DNA of 64,000 nt from Minisyncoccota bacterium (GCA_028714635.1 JAQTLZ010000002.1:9362-73361); one strand, 5' to 3'. Counted from the first letter of the stretch, positions 9,513-18,369 are shown. Notes: a model not told the origin generated them from the sequence alone. Numbers and translations are program-made.

Positions 9513-10424
9513 TTAAGCGCCTTCAGCAAGAAACGCTCGTACTGACGGTTTCGCGCCTTTTACCTTAAACATTTCCCTTTCTGATGTTCCATGAAGAGAG
9601 CTTAAGCCGAGGTAACGGAACGTAGGGGACACAGAGACGGACAAGTGACAAGCATATCCCTTGTCGCAAAACCAAACCGAATTAGGATTATCAGGTTCAG
9701 CAGCTATGATGTATGCAGCACCAAATCGTTCAGGCAGAATAATCCCAAGCTCACTCCCATGAAGAGACCTCATGAGTCCCAAAAGGTAGTTCGCCCCATT
9801 CACGCACGGTTTGAGATTTTGTGCTCGCATGATTTGCACGTATTCGGTTTCGTGCAGATCTACATCGCGGGTAAACACGACGTGGACTGTTTTCTTCTTT
9901 TTATGAACACGCACAAGGTCTATGTCCTGAACTCCGCCCGTGTTGTCCCAATCAGTCAAATATACTAAGCCCTGGCGTACAGAATTTACCGGTTCAACGT
10001 CGTGAAATGTTAGGGTTTCTTCACCTTGGAATGAGACCTTAGAGCTGTGCGCTGCCCACATCTTTTTTCTATGCAGCGCATCATGAAGCTCACGGCCATT
10101 TGAACCATTTGTTCTAGAGACATGATCGTGTGTCGCCACAAAGAGCGCGTGGCGGATGTAGCTCACGTCTACAATGCTTTTAGACATACGGGTCACATCG
10201 TCTTTGAGACGAATCCCAAAAAATGTCCTGTCTCCGATTCCGAAAAACATCTGGCGGACGGAATCCGAAACATGATGTTCATAGTAATCCCAGTCAACGA
10301 CCTTCTTGCGAAGAAGGGCGAGAACGTAGCGCGCTTCCGCCTTCGTGAGACTTCTCGACGGCACAGGACCGTTGGTTGAATCGATACAGACCATGAGTCC
10401 CATCAAACCACGAATTGAAAGCAT
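9513..10424 (-). CDS. Hypothetical protein (303 aa), second gene of a two-gene minus-strand cassette. Good SD sequence AAGGGGG upstream.
   Basis: ORF with an RBS. Locally higher GC than the surrounding sequence. No recognisable motif. Confidence 0.5.
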   Translation of the reverse strand: MLSIRGLMGLMVCIDSTNGPVPSRSLTKAEARYVLALLRKKVVDWDYYEHHVSDSVRQMFFGIGDRTFFGIRLKDDVTRMSKSIVDVSYIRHALFVATHDHVSRTNGSNGRELHDALHRKKMWAAHSSKVSFQGEETLTFHDVEPVNSVRQGLVYLTDWDNTGGVQDIDLVRVHKKKKTVHVVFTRDVDLHETEYVQIMRAQNLKPCVNGANYLLGLMRSLHGSELGIILPERFGAAYIIAAEPDNPNSVWFCDKGYACHLSVSVSPTFRYLGLSSLHGTSEREMFKVKGAKPSVRAFLAEGA

Positions 10425-10522
10425 GTTTTCCCCCTTTGAATGTTTTGTTTCTGAAAAGAACTTCTGCTTTCATCCTTTCGGAATCATCAGTCGAGATACA
10501 CATCTCGATAGCAGGAGGGTTT

Positions 10523-11023
10523 TCAGAAAACCCTCCGAAAATTTTTAACCCCGGCGACAAACTGGTCCCCGCAAACCACCTCGCTCTTCTCAAGATACAA
10601 TCCCGAGAGCAGAAGAGGCTTGTCGCAGAGGGGTTGGGTTTCTTCAGATACCGTACCGATATCCAAAGTCTCCTCTGCTCCGCTCGCGAAAACCAAGATC
10701 AATTTGTATTCTCGGTTTTCGACAATGTTGATAAGAAGATCAACCCCGACAGGAACGAAGCTCAATCCGGCAGTTTCCGAATTAGGCTCCAGTTCGAGCC
10801 CCCTATCGAGCATGTGCTCGATAATGTGTTCGTCGTTTACAAACCATCTACCGGAGGTTTCCGAACTGATACCAGAAATCTTCTTCACTTGTAATCTCAT
10901 GGCAAGCTCCTTGGTTTGAATGAACTTTTGAGTTTCGGCGAGGTTCCTTTGAACCTCTATAGACCTTAACTTTCTGGTATCAGAATAGCAGATTTTAATC
11001 ATATTGTCAATATTTGTCGCCAA
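10523..11023 (-). CDS. Hypothetical protein (about 160 aa), first gene of the cassette. Possible TTG start at 11023 or ATG start at 11002.
   Basis: ORF lying between the promoter region and the downstream gene. A plus-strand ORF 10415-10894 is the alternative reading. Confidence 0.4.
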   Translation of the reverse strand: MATNIDNMIKICYSDTRKLRSIEVQRNLAETQKFIQTKELAMRLQVKKISGISSETSGRWFVNDEHIIEHMLDRGLELEPNSETAGLSFVPVGVDLLINIVENREYKLILVFASGAEETLDIGTVSEETQPLCDKPLLLSGLYLEKSEVVCGDQFVAGVKNFRRVF

Positions 11024-11091
11024 TTAAATTACAAAATAAGCTATATTTATCAATATATTTATGGTTATAAGCATATTTTTGTGGAAAGTTA

Positions 11092-11120
11092 TTGACACAA
11101 ATAATTTTAGGGTGTAAACT
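11092..11120 (+). promoter_or_regulatory. Sigma70-like promoter: TTGACA, 17-nt spacer, TAAACT. Upstream element CATATTGTCAATATTTGT (11000-11017) is shared with the 13186 locus.
   Basis: Hexamers and spacing read from the sequence. Confidence 0.5.
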
Positions 11121-11127
11121 TCCCAAC

Positions 11128-11916
11128 ATGCAAGACAAACACACGGAACTCAAAATCAAAATGCAATCCTTCGGCTTCAGTGAGAAAGAAACTGATGTGT
11201 ATGTTGCGCTTCTTGAACTCGGCAAAGCGACTGTCTCTAAAATTTCTCTCGGAGCAGGAATAAACCGCACAACTGGGTACGACATCCTTGCCTCCCTTGT
11301 GAGTAAGAAGCTCGTGAGTGTTTCCGGCAAGGAACCGAAACAGGAATATGCAGCCGAACCGCCAACAGCTATCACTGAATATTTGAAGCGGCGAATTTCA
11401 GAGACAGAAGGATATATAAAACAAGCAGAAAAAATTCTGCCGGAACTCACTCTCCTTCATACAATAGAAAATCGTCCGAAGATAAGATTTTACGAAGGCA
11501 CCGAAGGACTTCAGTATGTATACGAAGATACTCTCACGAGCTCCGAGACAATTCGCGGATATGCGGCAGTAGATGAGATGCATAAAGCTCTTCCGAATTA
11601 TTTTCCCGAGTATTACAAACGCCGGGCGGCCAAAGGAATTTCTATCAGAGCCATTCTTCCGAAAAGTGCGATCAGTCTTGAAAGAGGGACTCACGACGTA
11701 GAAGAAAAAAGAGACACCGCTTTCATTCCTGCTGATAAATACCAATTTGCTCCCGAGATAGATATATATGACAACAAAGTAATGATCGCTTCATGGAGAG
11801 AAAAGCTCGGCATCATCATTGAAAGCGAAGAGATCGCAGACGCAATGAAGAAGATATATGAACTCGCTTGGGCAGAGGCGAAAAGGTTGGATAAGGAAAC
11901 AACAAAAATAAATTAA
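11128..11916 (+). CDS. TrmB family transcriptional regulator (alternative start at 11161)
   Basis: FGFSEKETDVYVALLELGKATVSKIS...RTTGYDILASLVSKKLV wHTH region. Confidence 0.75.
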   Translation: MQDKHTELKIKMQSFGFSEKETDVYVALLELGKATVSKISLGAGINRTTGYDILASLVSKKLVSVSGKEPKQEYAAEPPTAITEYLKRRISETEGYIKQAEKILPELTLLHTIENRPKIRFYEGTEGLQYVYEDTLTSSETIRGYAAVDEMHKALPNYFPEYYKRRAAKGISIRAILPKSAISLERGTHDVEEKRDTAFIPADKYQFAPEIDIYDNKVMIASWREKLGIIIESEEIADAMKKIYELAWAEAKRLDKETTKIN

Positions 11917-11976
11917 TTCTGGAAAAAGAAAAACCGCCCGAGAAAACTTTTTTAAAGTTTTCTCGGGCGGTAATTT

Positions 11977-12495
11977 TTAATACCAATTTTTCTGATGATC
12001 TATCGGCTCGTCTGAAATCTCGGTTGCGAAAACCAGCATCCTCTTCCCGTCTTCACAATTGAAGAGATGCTTGATGCCTCGCGGTATGGTCACGAGATCT
12101 CCGGGCTTGGCTTCCAGTTTCCCGTCTTCGGTATAAAGAAAGCCCTCACCTTCAAGCACGAACGAAATGACATGCGAGCTGTGATAGTGAAGTTCTTCTT
12201 TCAAGTTGCCGTAGATAACCACGATAGTCGCGGCAACGAGAATCCTGCCGTTTGCAGGAAACAATTCCCACATCGCAATATCCGGCCCGCAGTACACAAG
12301 CGAGTTCCCCGCCGTGTATGCCGCCCGCTTTGGCGTAATGACCGAACACTTCTTCGATTTCAGAGTTGCCATCATCTTTCTCGCTACTACTTTCAAATCA
12401 TCCGGCGCTCGGTCACGTGCAGTCGTAGTGCCGTGAAGTAATCCTTTTGCCTGAACATCCAAAGCAATCAGCCGATCAAGATTCTTCTTTCTCAT
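11977..12495 (-). CDS. Cupin domain protein
   Basis: HYHSSHVISFVLEGEG...PGDLVTIPRGIKH, consistent with the two cupin motifs. Confidence 0.7.
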   Translation of the reverse strand: MRKKNLDRLIALDVQAKGLLHGTTTARDRAPDDLKVVARKMMATLKSKKCSVITPKRAAYTAGNSLVYCGPDIAMWELFPANGRILVAATIVVIYGNLKEELHYHSSHVISFVLEGEGFLYTEDGKLEAKPGDLVTIPRGIKHLFNCEDGKRMLVFATEISDEPIDHQKNWY

Positions 12496-12575
12496 TGCTT
12501 ACTCCTTTCTTATCTTGGGTTTGAGACAGAAAACCGCCAGATAAAGCGCAGTTTTTCTGTCTTACACCTGGCGGT

Positions 12576-13037
12576 TCACAAACCTTGTTCGTGACGATAT
12601 TCACCGACTGGAGCAAATTTGGCGCGATGGTATTGAATCCTCGGATGCCTTGGAACAGCATGCTCTCTTAAGACTGATACGATTTCTTCTAAAGAACCAT
12701 CCTCCTTTAATTGCGCGCCCAAACGCCAACGCATTGTCTCCATCCAGCCAATTTTTTCTATAAGGGCTTGATCGTATTTGTCGGTGCGATCAATTCGCGA
12801 CAGAACCGTTTTAAATACTTCGATCAGCACCCTAATGGGAGCGGTACCAATTTCATATCCTTTTTCCTCAACAAGGAACAAGGAGAATACAAATTCAGGA
12901 GGAAGTTCATGGTGACTTCTTATCTTCCTTCGTTCACCCCGGCTTGTTGGTTTTCCCGCCTCTTTCATTATCCTGATGACCTCTTCATACAGGACTTCGG
13001 GAAACTCAGGATACGGCACTCCTTCGACTTCTCTCAT
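12576..13037 (-). CDS. Hypothetical protein (153 aa)
   Basis: ORF upstream of and on the same strand as the cupin gene. Confidence 0.45.
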   Translation of the reverse strand: MREVEGVPYPEFPEVLYEEVIRIMKEAGKPTSRGERRKIRSHHELPPEFVFSLFLVEEKGYEIGTAPIRVLIEVFKTVLSRIDRTDKYDQALIEKIGWMETMRWRLGAQLKEDGSLEEIVSVLREHAVPRHPRIQYHRAKFAPVGEYRHEQGL

Positions 13038-13122
13038 GGTCTCCCCTCCATTTCAATGAGCATTTCGCTCGGTTAATTTGCTTTTCATCCTTCACTGCCG
13101 AACATACTACCCGATTTTTAGC

Positions 13123-13178
13123 ATATTGTCAAGTATTGTTGGACAATTGTTGACAAATATCTGACAACAGAATATACT
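13123..13178 (+). promoter_or_regulatory. Operator-like inverted repeats TTGTCAA(n17)TTGACAA and ACAATTGT overlapping the promoter: TTGACA (13150-13155), 17-nt spacer, TATACT (13173-13178)
   Basis: Read from the sequence. CATATTGTCAAGTATTGT matches 11000-11017 at 16 of 18 positions. Confidence 0.5.
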
Positions 13179-13185
13179 TCTATCC

Positions 13186-13959
13186 ATGGCAGTAAACGAA
13201 ACATTAAAAAAATTAGGACTCAATGACAAAGAGATAAAGATTTATCTCACCCTTCTTAAGCATGGGAAAACAAAACCATCCTCACTTTCGAGTTTGACGA
13301 AAATAAATCGTGCAACGGTCTACAACTTGGTAAACGGCTTGCTTTCAAAGGGGCTCATCGCCGAAGATCTCACGGGCAAAACCCTCTACCTCACTCCCCT
13401 CCCCCCGAAAAATCTGGAAAAAATTCTCGATCAGCAAAAAAGAGAACTGAAAGAAAGAGAAGCTCTCATCAAAAAAGCTATCGGCGAGTTGAGCATGATA
13501 ACACCAGCCAGCAATTATCCTGTTCCGAAAATTCAATTCGTGGAAGAAGGCAATCTTGAGAAATTTCTCTACGACAACATTCTCAAATGGCAGAAAAGCA
13601 TGTTCGAACATGATGCCACGTGGTGGGGCTTCCAAGATCATTCCCTTCTCTCAAACTATGAAGAGTATATTCATTTCACTTGGCAGACTTCCTATGGAAA
13701 ACATAAAGATTTCAAAGTAAAACTCTTGGGTAATTCCGCAAAAATTGAAGATAAAGTAGCGAGTAAATACTTAAAATCAAGACGTGATATTCGTTTTGTT
13801 GAAGGAATGAATTTCACATCCACTGTCTGGGTAATGGGAGATTATATAGCAATGGTAGCAACTGGCGCTCATCCATTCTATCTATTCGAGATTCACGACC
13901 AGACACTTGCTCATAATATGAGGGAGGTATTCAAAAAGCTTTGGGAAAAAACTCAATAA
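13186..13959 (+). CDS. TrmB family transcriptional regulator
   Basis: LGLNDKEIKIYLTLLKHGKTKPSSLS...RATVYNLVNGLLSKGLI. Confidence 0.75.
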   Translation: MAVNETLKKLGLNDKEIKIYLTLLKHGKTKPSSLSSLTKINRATVYNLVNGLLSKGLIAEDLTGKTLYLTPLPPKNLEKILDQQKRELKEREALIKKAIGELSMITPASNYPVPKIQFVEEGNLEKFLYDNILKWQKSMFEHDATWWGFQDHSLLSNYEEYIHFTWQTSYGKHKDFKVKLLGNSAKIEDKVASKYLKSRRDIRFVEGMNFTSTVWVMGDYIAMVATGAHPFYLFEIHDQTLAHNMREVFKKLWEKTQ

Positions 13960-13974
13960 TTATAGAGAATTTCG

Positions 13975-14278
13975 GTCGTTACACGACCAGTATCCTCGTT
14001 GGAGATTTTGTCTCGCTTTGCTCACAAAATCTACTCAACGAGGCTTCGAATCTCTGACGAAAGTGCTCCCCAGCACTTTCTCACCCAGCCACGTAAAAAA
14101 CCGCTCTCGCGGTTTTTTCTTGTCGGGGTGCAGAAAGTTTCGAAGCTTACAGCTTCAGTACCCCGATTGGATTTTTCTTCGAAAAATGCTCAGTCGGGTT
14201 TCGAATCTCTGACGAAAGTGCTCCCCAGCACTTTCTCACCCAGAGCAAGTAAAAAGCCGCATAAGCGGCTTTTTCTTG
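13975..14278. repeat. About 153-bp imperfect tandem units upstream of tRNA-Pro. Each unit carries the conserved hairpin motif or its GTACCCCGATTGGATTTTT half, a GTGCTCCCCAGCAC hairpin, a terminator hairpin and a duplicate of the tRNA-Pro 3' end (14115-14135).
   Basis: Direct repeats 14046-14090 versus 14199-14243 and 14115-14135 versus 14268-14290. Motif shared with 6809-6845. Confidence 0.5.
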
Positions 14279-14349
14279 TCGGGGTGCAGAGATTCGAACT
14301 CTGACTACATGATCCCAAATCATGGATGCTACCGTTACACCACACCCCG
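14279..14349 (-). tRNA. tRNA-Pro (anticodon UGG), no encoded CCA
   Basis: Acceptor CGGGGTG/CACCCCG, anticodon stem CATGA/TCATG with loop TTTGGGA, T-arm CAGAG-TTCGAAT-CTCTG. Confidence 0.85.
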
Positions 14350-14461
14350 GTATAAATATTTCTCCAAAAATCAACTCGAAAATCTTATCACAGGAATTTT
14401 AAAAATCCTAATTCTCTTGTCTATTTTTATTATAAAGGACATTATACTTTATAAAAGACAT

Positions 14462-14878
14462 CTAAAGGACAATATCATCTAGGAGCTTTACATTAGCGAT
14501 TTTCTTTTTCATATCCAAAAGAACAATCGCTACTAAAAATTCCCATTCTGGTTCATCGTCCTCATATTTCTCCAGAAGGTAGCTTTGTACTACCCTACCA
14601 AGTCTTTTAAGCTTCCATTCGTGTATATTTTCCTCGGGCCTATATTCATCCTCTGTTACACGTGGAACATTCTTAGGGTACGACAGATTGATTTCACGTG
14701 AAACGGTCTTTACTTCAACAAAATAGAGTTTTTTGTCCTTTTGAGCGACAATATCTATCTCTCCCCACCTCTTCAGATAGTTTCGACAGACAATTCTGTA
14801 TCCTTTTTTCTCGAGATACTTACAAGCAATATCCTCGCCTTTAATGCCTATTGGGTCTGCGAGATTAAGTCGTTTCAC
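14462..14878 (-). CDS. yraN: YraN family (UPF0102) endonuclease
   Basis: GEDIACKYLEKKGYRIVCRNY...GEIDIVAQKDKKLYFVEVKT. Confidence 0.8.
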   Translation of the reverse strand: MKRLNLADPIGIKGEDIACKYLEKKGYRIVCRNYLKRWGEIDIVAQKDKKLYFVEVKTVSREINLSYPKNVPRVTEDEYRPEENIHEWKLKRLGRVVQSYLLEKYEDDEPEWEFLVAIVLLDMKKKIANVKLLDDIVL

Positions 14879-14884
14879 GTGGAA

Positions 14885-15304
14885 CTAGTTTAACAGACCT
14901 TGATCTAGAATCTCTCGGACAAACATATCAAGCTCCTTCTCTGCTTTCATTTCTGCAATAGTCATCCACTTAAAATCAGTGCTTTCAGCATCAATTTTCG
15001 GGTTTCCTTCAATGTTTGCCAGATAAGTAATTCTCACAATATGTTTCCCGTGAACCCTTAATATGTCTTGGGCAGTAAGGATTTCAGGCGTTTCATGTAA
15101 AACAAGTCCTGTTTCTTCGAGTATTTCCCTCTTCAGATTGTCCGAGAGAGAGCTTCCTGGATTGATTCTTCCTCCGACAATATCCCAATTTCCCTTGATA
15201 TCCTTATACTTTTCAGATCTTCGCAGGAGGAGAAACTTTCCTTTTTTATTTTTTAGAAATGCTTTTACTCCAACTTGTAGAGTTATGTCTTTTTGATCGG
15301 TCAT
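14885..15304 (-). CDS. NUDIX hydrolase
   Basis: Nudix box GGRINPGSSLSDNLKREILEETGL. Confidence 0.8.
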   Translation of the reverse strand: MTDQKDITLQVGVKAFLKNKKGKFLLLRRSEKYKDIKGNWDIVGGRINPGSSLSDNLKREILEETGLVLHETPEILTAQDILRVHGKHIVRITYLANIEGNPKIDAESTDFKWMTIAEMKAEKELDMFVREILDQGLLN

Positions 15305-15584
15305 ATATGTTACTTAAGAAACATTTTATGCTTATCGGACTGAAATTTTGTGTCTTTTTGCAATTTAACCATATTTATAGGCTTATTTTAGATAAAAGAC
15401 CGAAATTTTTCTGTTTTTTAAGGCTGTCTTTTATGCACACAATCCACAGACTTATCCACAGTTACACGTGAAATACCTATATTTTGAGCCATTTTGGTAT
15501 TTTAGGAATTCTGGGAAAAGGACAACTGGGTTCAGGGACAAAAAGTCGTTAGAGCCGTACTGATACAAAAATTATTACAAGCTG

Positions 15585-15655
15585 TGCGGGTAGCGAGAAT
15601 CGAACTCGCGCCTTAACATTGGCAATGTTACGTCCTACCACTAAACTATACCCGC
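15585..15655 (-). tRNA. tRNA-Gly (anticodon GCC), no encoded CCA
   Basis: Near-identical in layout to bacterial tRNA-Gly(GCC). Anticodon loop TTGCCAA, T-arm GCGAG-TTCGATT-CTCGC. Confidence 0.85.
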
Positions 15656-16330
15656 ATTATATTTTTCTTCTATCAAATCAGCGGCTATCAAATTCATCCA
15701 GAGCAGAATTTTTCGCTTTAAGTATGTACTAGAAACTCCAATACTGCAAACTCCGTGAGACAATTTTCTCGTCTTATGCTTGCCTTTTATTACAATACTT
15801 TTTGTAAAATCCTCCTGTTTTAGGCCCGTATTACTAATCCAGAATGTCTTGCATTCTTTTTCCTTCAGTTCGGGGTAGAGCAGAATCCAAGCCCTGATTT
15901 TAGGAGAAGAGAAACCGCAAATTTTCTTTAGAAAATCGAGAAATACTTTGATCATAAGAGGGTCGGAATTAGCTATAGAACACCTATTATTAGAGCGCTT
16001 ATTGCCTTCGCCCCAGTAAATCATCATTCCCGCCAGGAAAAGAGGGTGGTATTTGAGTTTTTCAAACTCTTCAGTTGCTTCATTTTCGGCTTCTTTGTAC
16101 AGTTTCTCGAGATTTTCACCTCGAATTTTATTCAATTCTTTGATCCTTATGGTCGATTTCCCTTGAGCATTCGAGGCTAAACGAAAAGCAATCTTATTAG
16201 ACCATTTTTGATCCCTGAACCACTCTGAGAGGGTACTCTTTGGAACTCTAATAAGACTTCTGATCTCATTATAGCTTTTGCCTTTAGCTCTAAGTGCGAA
16301 CACTTTTTCTTTGTCTTTTCTCATATACAT
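15641..16330 (-). CDS. HTH-containing protein with a degenerate LAGLIDADG-like motif (FLAGMMIYWGEGNK). Possible free-standing homing-endonuclease-like protein between two tRNA genes. Its 3' end overlaps tRNA-Gly(GCC) by about 15 nt.
   Basis: N-terminal resolvase-type HTH (KGKSYNEIRSLIRVPKSTLSEW). LAG..G motif and basic C-terminal region. Confidence 0.45.
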   Translation of the reverse strand: MYMRKDKEKVFALRAKGKSYNEIRSLIRVPKSTLSEWFRDQKWSNKIAFRLASNAQGKSTIRIKELNKIRGENLEKLYKEAENEATEEFEKLKYHPLFLAGMMIYWGEGNKRSNNRCSIANSDPLMIKVFLDFLKKICGFSSPKIRAWILLYPELKEKECKTFWISNTGLKQEDFTKSIVIKGKHKTRKLSHGVCSIGVSSTYLKRKILLWMNLIAADLIEEKYNAGIV

Positions 16331-16401
16331 TTAAAGTATATCACGGGAGTTCGATTTCTTGGTGTGGATAATTTATCAAATTTACCGTATGATGAGACGA
16401 C

Positions 16402-16473
16402 GCGCCCATAGTGAAATGGATATCACACCGGTCTTCGGAACCGTTATTGGGGGTTCGAATCCCTCTGGGCGCA
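16402..16473 (+). tRNA. tRNA-Arg (anticodon UCG), no encoded CCA
   Basis: Acceptor GCGCCCA/TGGGCGC, D-stem GTGA/TCAC, anticodon loop CTTCGGA, T-arm GGGGG-TTCGAAT-CCCTC. Isotype call is moderately certain. Confidence 0.75.
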
Positions 16474-16484
16474 CAAAAAGGCGT

Positions 16485-18011
16485 ATGAAACTCCTTCACA
16501 ACCAACATTTTGAGATCCCAAAAGAGATCATGAATGTACTAGAGACGCTCGAAAAGAGCGGTTTTGAGGCATATATCGTTGGTGGATGTGTACGTGGGCT
16601 TCTTACTGGCTTTAAACCTCGCGATTGGGACGTCACCACAAACGCTACTCCGGAAGAAATCATAAAGCTATTTCCAAAAACATTTTACGAAAATACGTAC
16701 GGCACCGTCGGCGTAGTGAATGAAGATGTCTCTACTCGAACAGAAGAGGGGATTCCTGATGAGACGTTGCGTGTGGTAGAAGTCACACCGTACCGCCTCG
16801 AGTCAACTTATTCTGACAACAGACGACCTGATGCTGTTACGTTCAGCAAAAATATTGAAGATGATTTAAAGCGAAGAGATTTCACCATAAACGCGATCGC
16901 GCTTTCTGTAAAAAAAGTTGGAACGAAACTTGAAGAAAAAATTATTGACCCGCACGGAGGAATTGCGGATATCGAAAAGAAAATATTGCGAACGGTAGGG
17001 AAGAGCGAAGATAGATTTGGAGAAGATGCGCTCCGCATTCTTCGGGCTATTCGCATTTCCACAGAGACAGATTTTGCGATCGAAAAAGAAACTGAAATGG
17101 GAATTCGAAAATACGCTCCGCTTCTCGCGAAAATTTCTAAAGAAAGGATCCGTGATGAGTTCGTAAAAATACTGATGTCCAAAGAGCCGATGAAGGGCAT
17201 AATTATGGCTCAAAATATGGGTATTTTGAAATATATCGTTCCAGAGCTTGAGGTGGGAATCGGAGTTGCACAAAACCAAGCCCACGCATTTGATGTCTGG
17301 ACGCATCTTCTCAAATCACTCCAACACGCAGCAGATAAAAATTGGTCTCTTGAAATTCGTCTTTCTGCACTCCTTCATGACATTGGAAAACCGGAAAGCA
17401 AACGCCAGCCGGCAGATAAAAAAGATCCGACATTCTACGGCCACGAAGTGATCGGTGCTCGCATGACAAAAAAGATCCTTGAAAATCTTAAGTTCTCAAA
17501 TAAAATAATTGAGAAGGTGACACTTCTTGTACGATGGCATATGTTTTTCTCCGACACGGAACAGATAACACTTTCTGCTGTGCGAAGAATGGTTGCCAAT
17601 GTTGGCAAAGAAAATATTTGGGATCTTATGAATGTTCGCGCTTGCGACAGGATTGGAACAGGAAGACCGAAAGAAAGTCCATACCGGCTTCGAAAATATA
17701 AATCAATGATCGAGGAAGCGATGCGAGATCCGATCTCTGTCACGATGCTCAAGATTGATGGAAATAAAATTATTGAAGTGACGAAAACACCTGCAGGGCC
17801 AAAAGTAGGCTTTATTCTCCATGCTTTGCTTGAAGAAGTACTTGATGATCCTAAGCTCAATACAGAGGAATATCTGGAGGAAAAGGCTCAAAAACTCATT
17901 ACTTTGTCAGAGGAGGAATTGAAAAAACTCGGGAAACTCGGCGTTGCAAAAAAAGAAGCTCTCGAAGAGAAGGAGAAGGAAGAAATACGCAAAAAGCATT
18001 GGGTGAAATAG
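16485..18011 (+). CDS. cca: CCA-adding tRNA nucleotidyltransferase with HD domain. The ORF-track start at 16359 runs through tRNA-Arg; the true start is taken as ATG 16485.
   Basis: Pol-beta NTase motifs GGCVRGLL..RDWD and the head/neck domain; HD motif LHDIGKP. Confidence 0.85.
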   Translation: MKLLHNQHFEIPKEIMNVLETLEKSGFEAYIVGGCVRGLLTGFKPRDWDVTTNATPEEIIKLFPKTFYENTYGTVGVVNEDVSTRTEEGIPDETLRVVEVTPYRLESTYSDNRRPDAVTFSKNIEDDLKRRDFTINAIALSVKKVGTKLEEKIIDPHGGIADIEKKILRTVGKSEDRFGEDALRILRAIRISTETDFAIEKETEMGIRKYAPLLAKISKERIRDEFVKILMSKEPMKGIIMAQNMGILKYIVPELEVGIGVAQNQAHAFDVWTHLLKSLQHAADKNWSLEIRLSALLHDIGKPESKRQPADKKDPTFYGHEVIGARMTKKILENLKFSNKIIEKVTLLVRWHMFFSDTEQITLSAVRRMVANVGKENIWDLMNVRACDRIGTGRPKESPYRLRKYKSMIEEAMRDPISVTMLKIDGNKIIEVTKTPAGPKVGFILHALLEEVLDDPKLNTEEYLEEKAQKLITLSEEELKKLGKLGVAKKEALEEKEKEEIRKKHWVK

Positions 18012-18341
18012 GGAAAAGGAAGAAAAATTGGCAATCGAAAACCGCCTTCACGATAATAAATGTTGTAAAGACGGTTTCGTGAAAAGTGTATTTCTATTCG
18101 TTAAATGAGAATACCCGCATTGAAGTTAAGCCAAAATATATTGGCTAATTTGGGGTCTTTCTTTGATTTTGAATTTGAAAACGCTTTTCAAAAGGCATTA
18201 GAGAGAGTAAATGCCTGTTTCAAGGAACTGGATCAAAATGTAAGGCCTCGGCAATACAAACTGATTCCGTGTAGAATTATAGCCAATCCTAAAAGACACG
18301 TAAAGGACATTTTAGAGATAAGTGTGGATAAGTGTCCTTTA

Positions 18342-18369
18342 CCCAGGCACCTAAATTTAGGTGCCTGGG
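18342..18369. terminator. Perfect 28-bp palindrome CCCAGGCACCTAAATTTAGGTGCCTGGG between convergent cca and xth; bidirectional terminator candidate
   Basis: Inverted repeat read from the sequence. A TGTGGATAA DnaA-box-like tandem 10-mer lies immediately upstream (18316-18335). Confidence 0.5.

Noticed and set aside
12067-12441. 124-aa plus-strand ORF antisense to the cupin gene
   Set aside because: It overlaps a gene with clear cupin motifs, and its translation is Arg-rich with no features.
13999-14304. 101-aa and 64-aa ORFs across the tRNA-Pro repeat units
   Set aside because: They span tandem repeats and terminator hairpins, and their sequence is explained by tRNA-derived repeats. Unlikely to be coding.
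16359-16484. N-terminal extension of the cca ORF
   Set aside because: The extension reads through tRNA-Arg. A downstream ATG at 16485, with the conserved NTase N-terminus, is the true start.
18316-18335. Tandem GATAAGTGTG/GATAAGTGTC 10-mers containing a perfect TGTGGATAA DnaA-box match, far from oriC
   Set aside because: A single isolated box 30 kb from the origin, next to a terminator palindrome. It may be a coincidental match. It is noted in the terminator entry but not called as a regulatory site.
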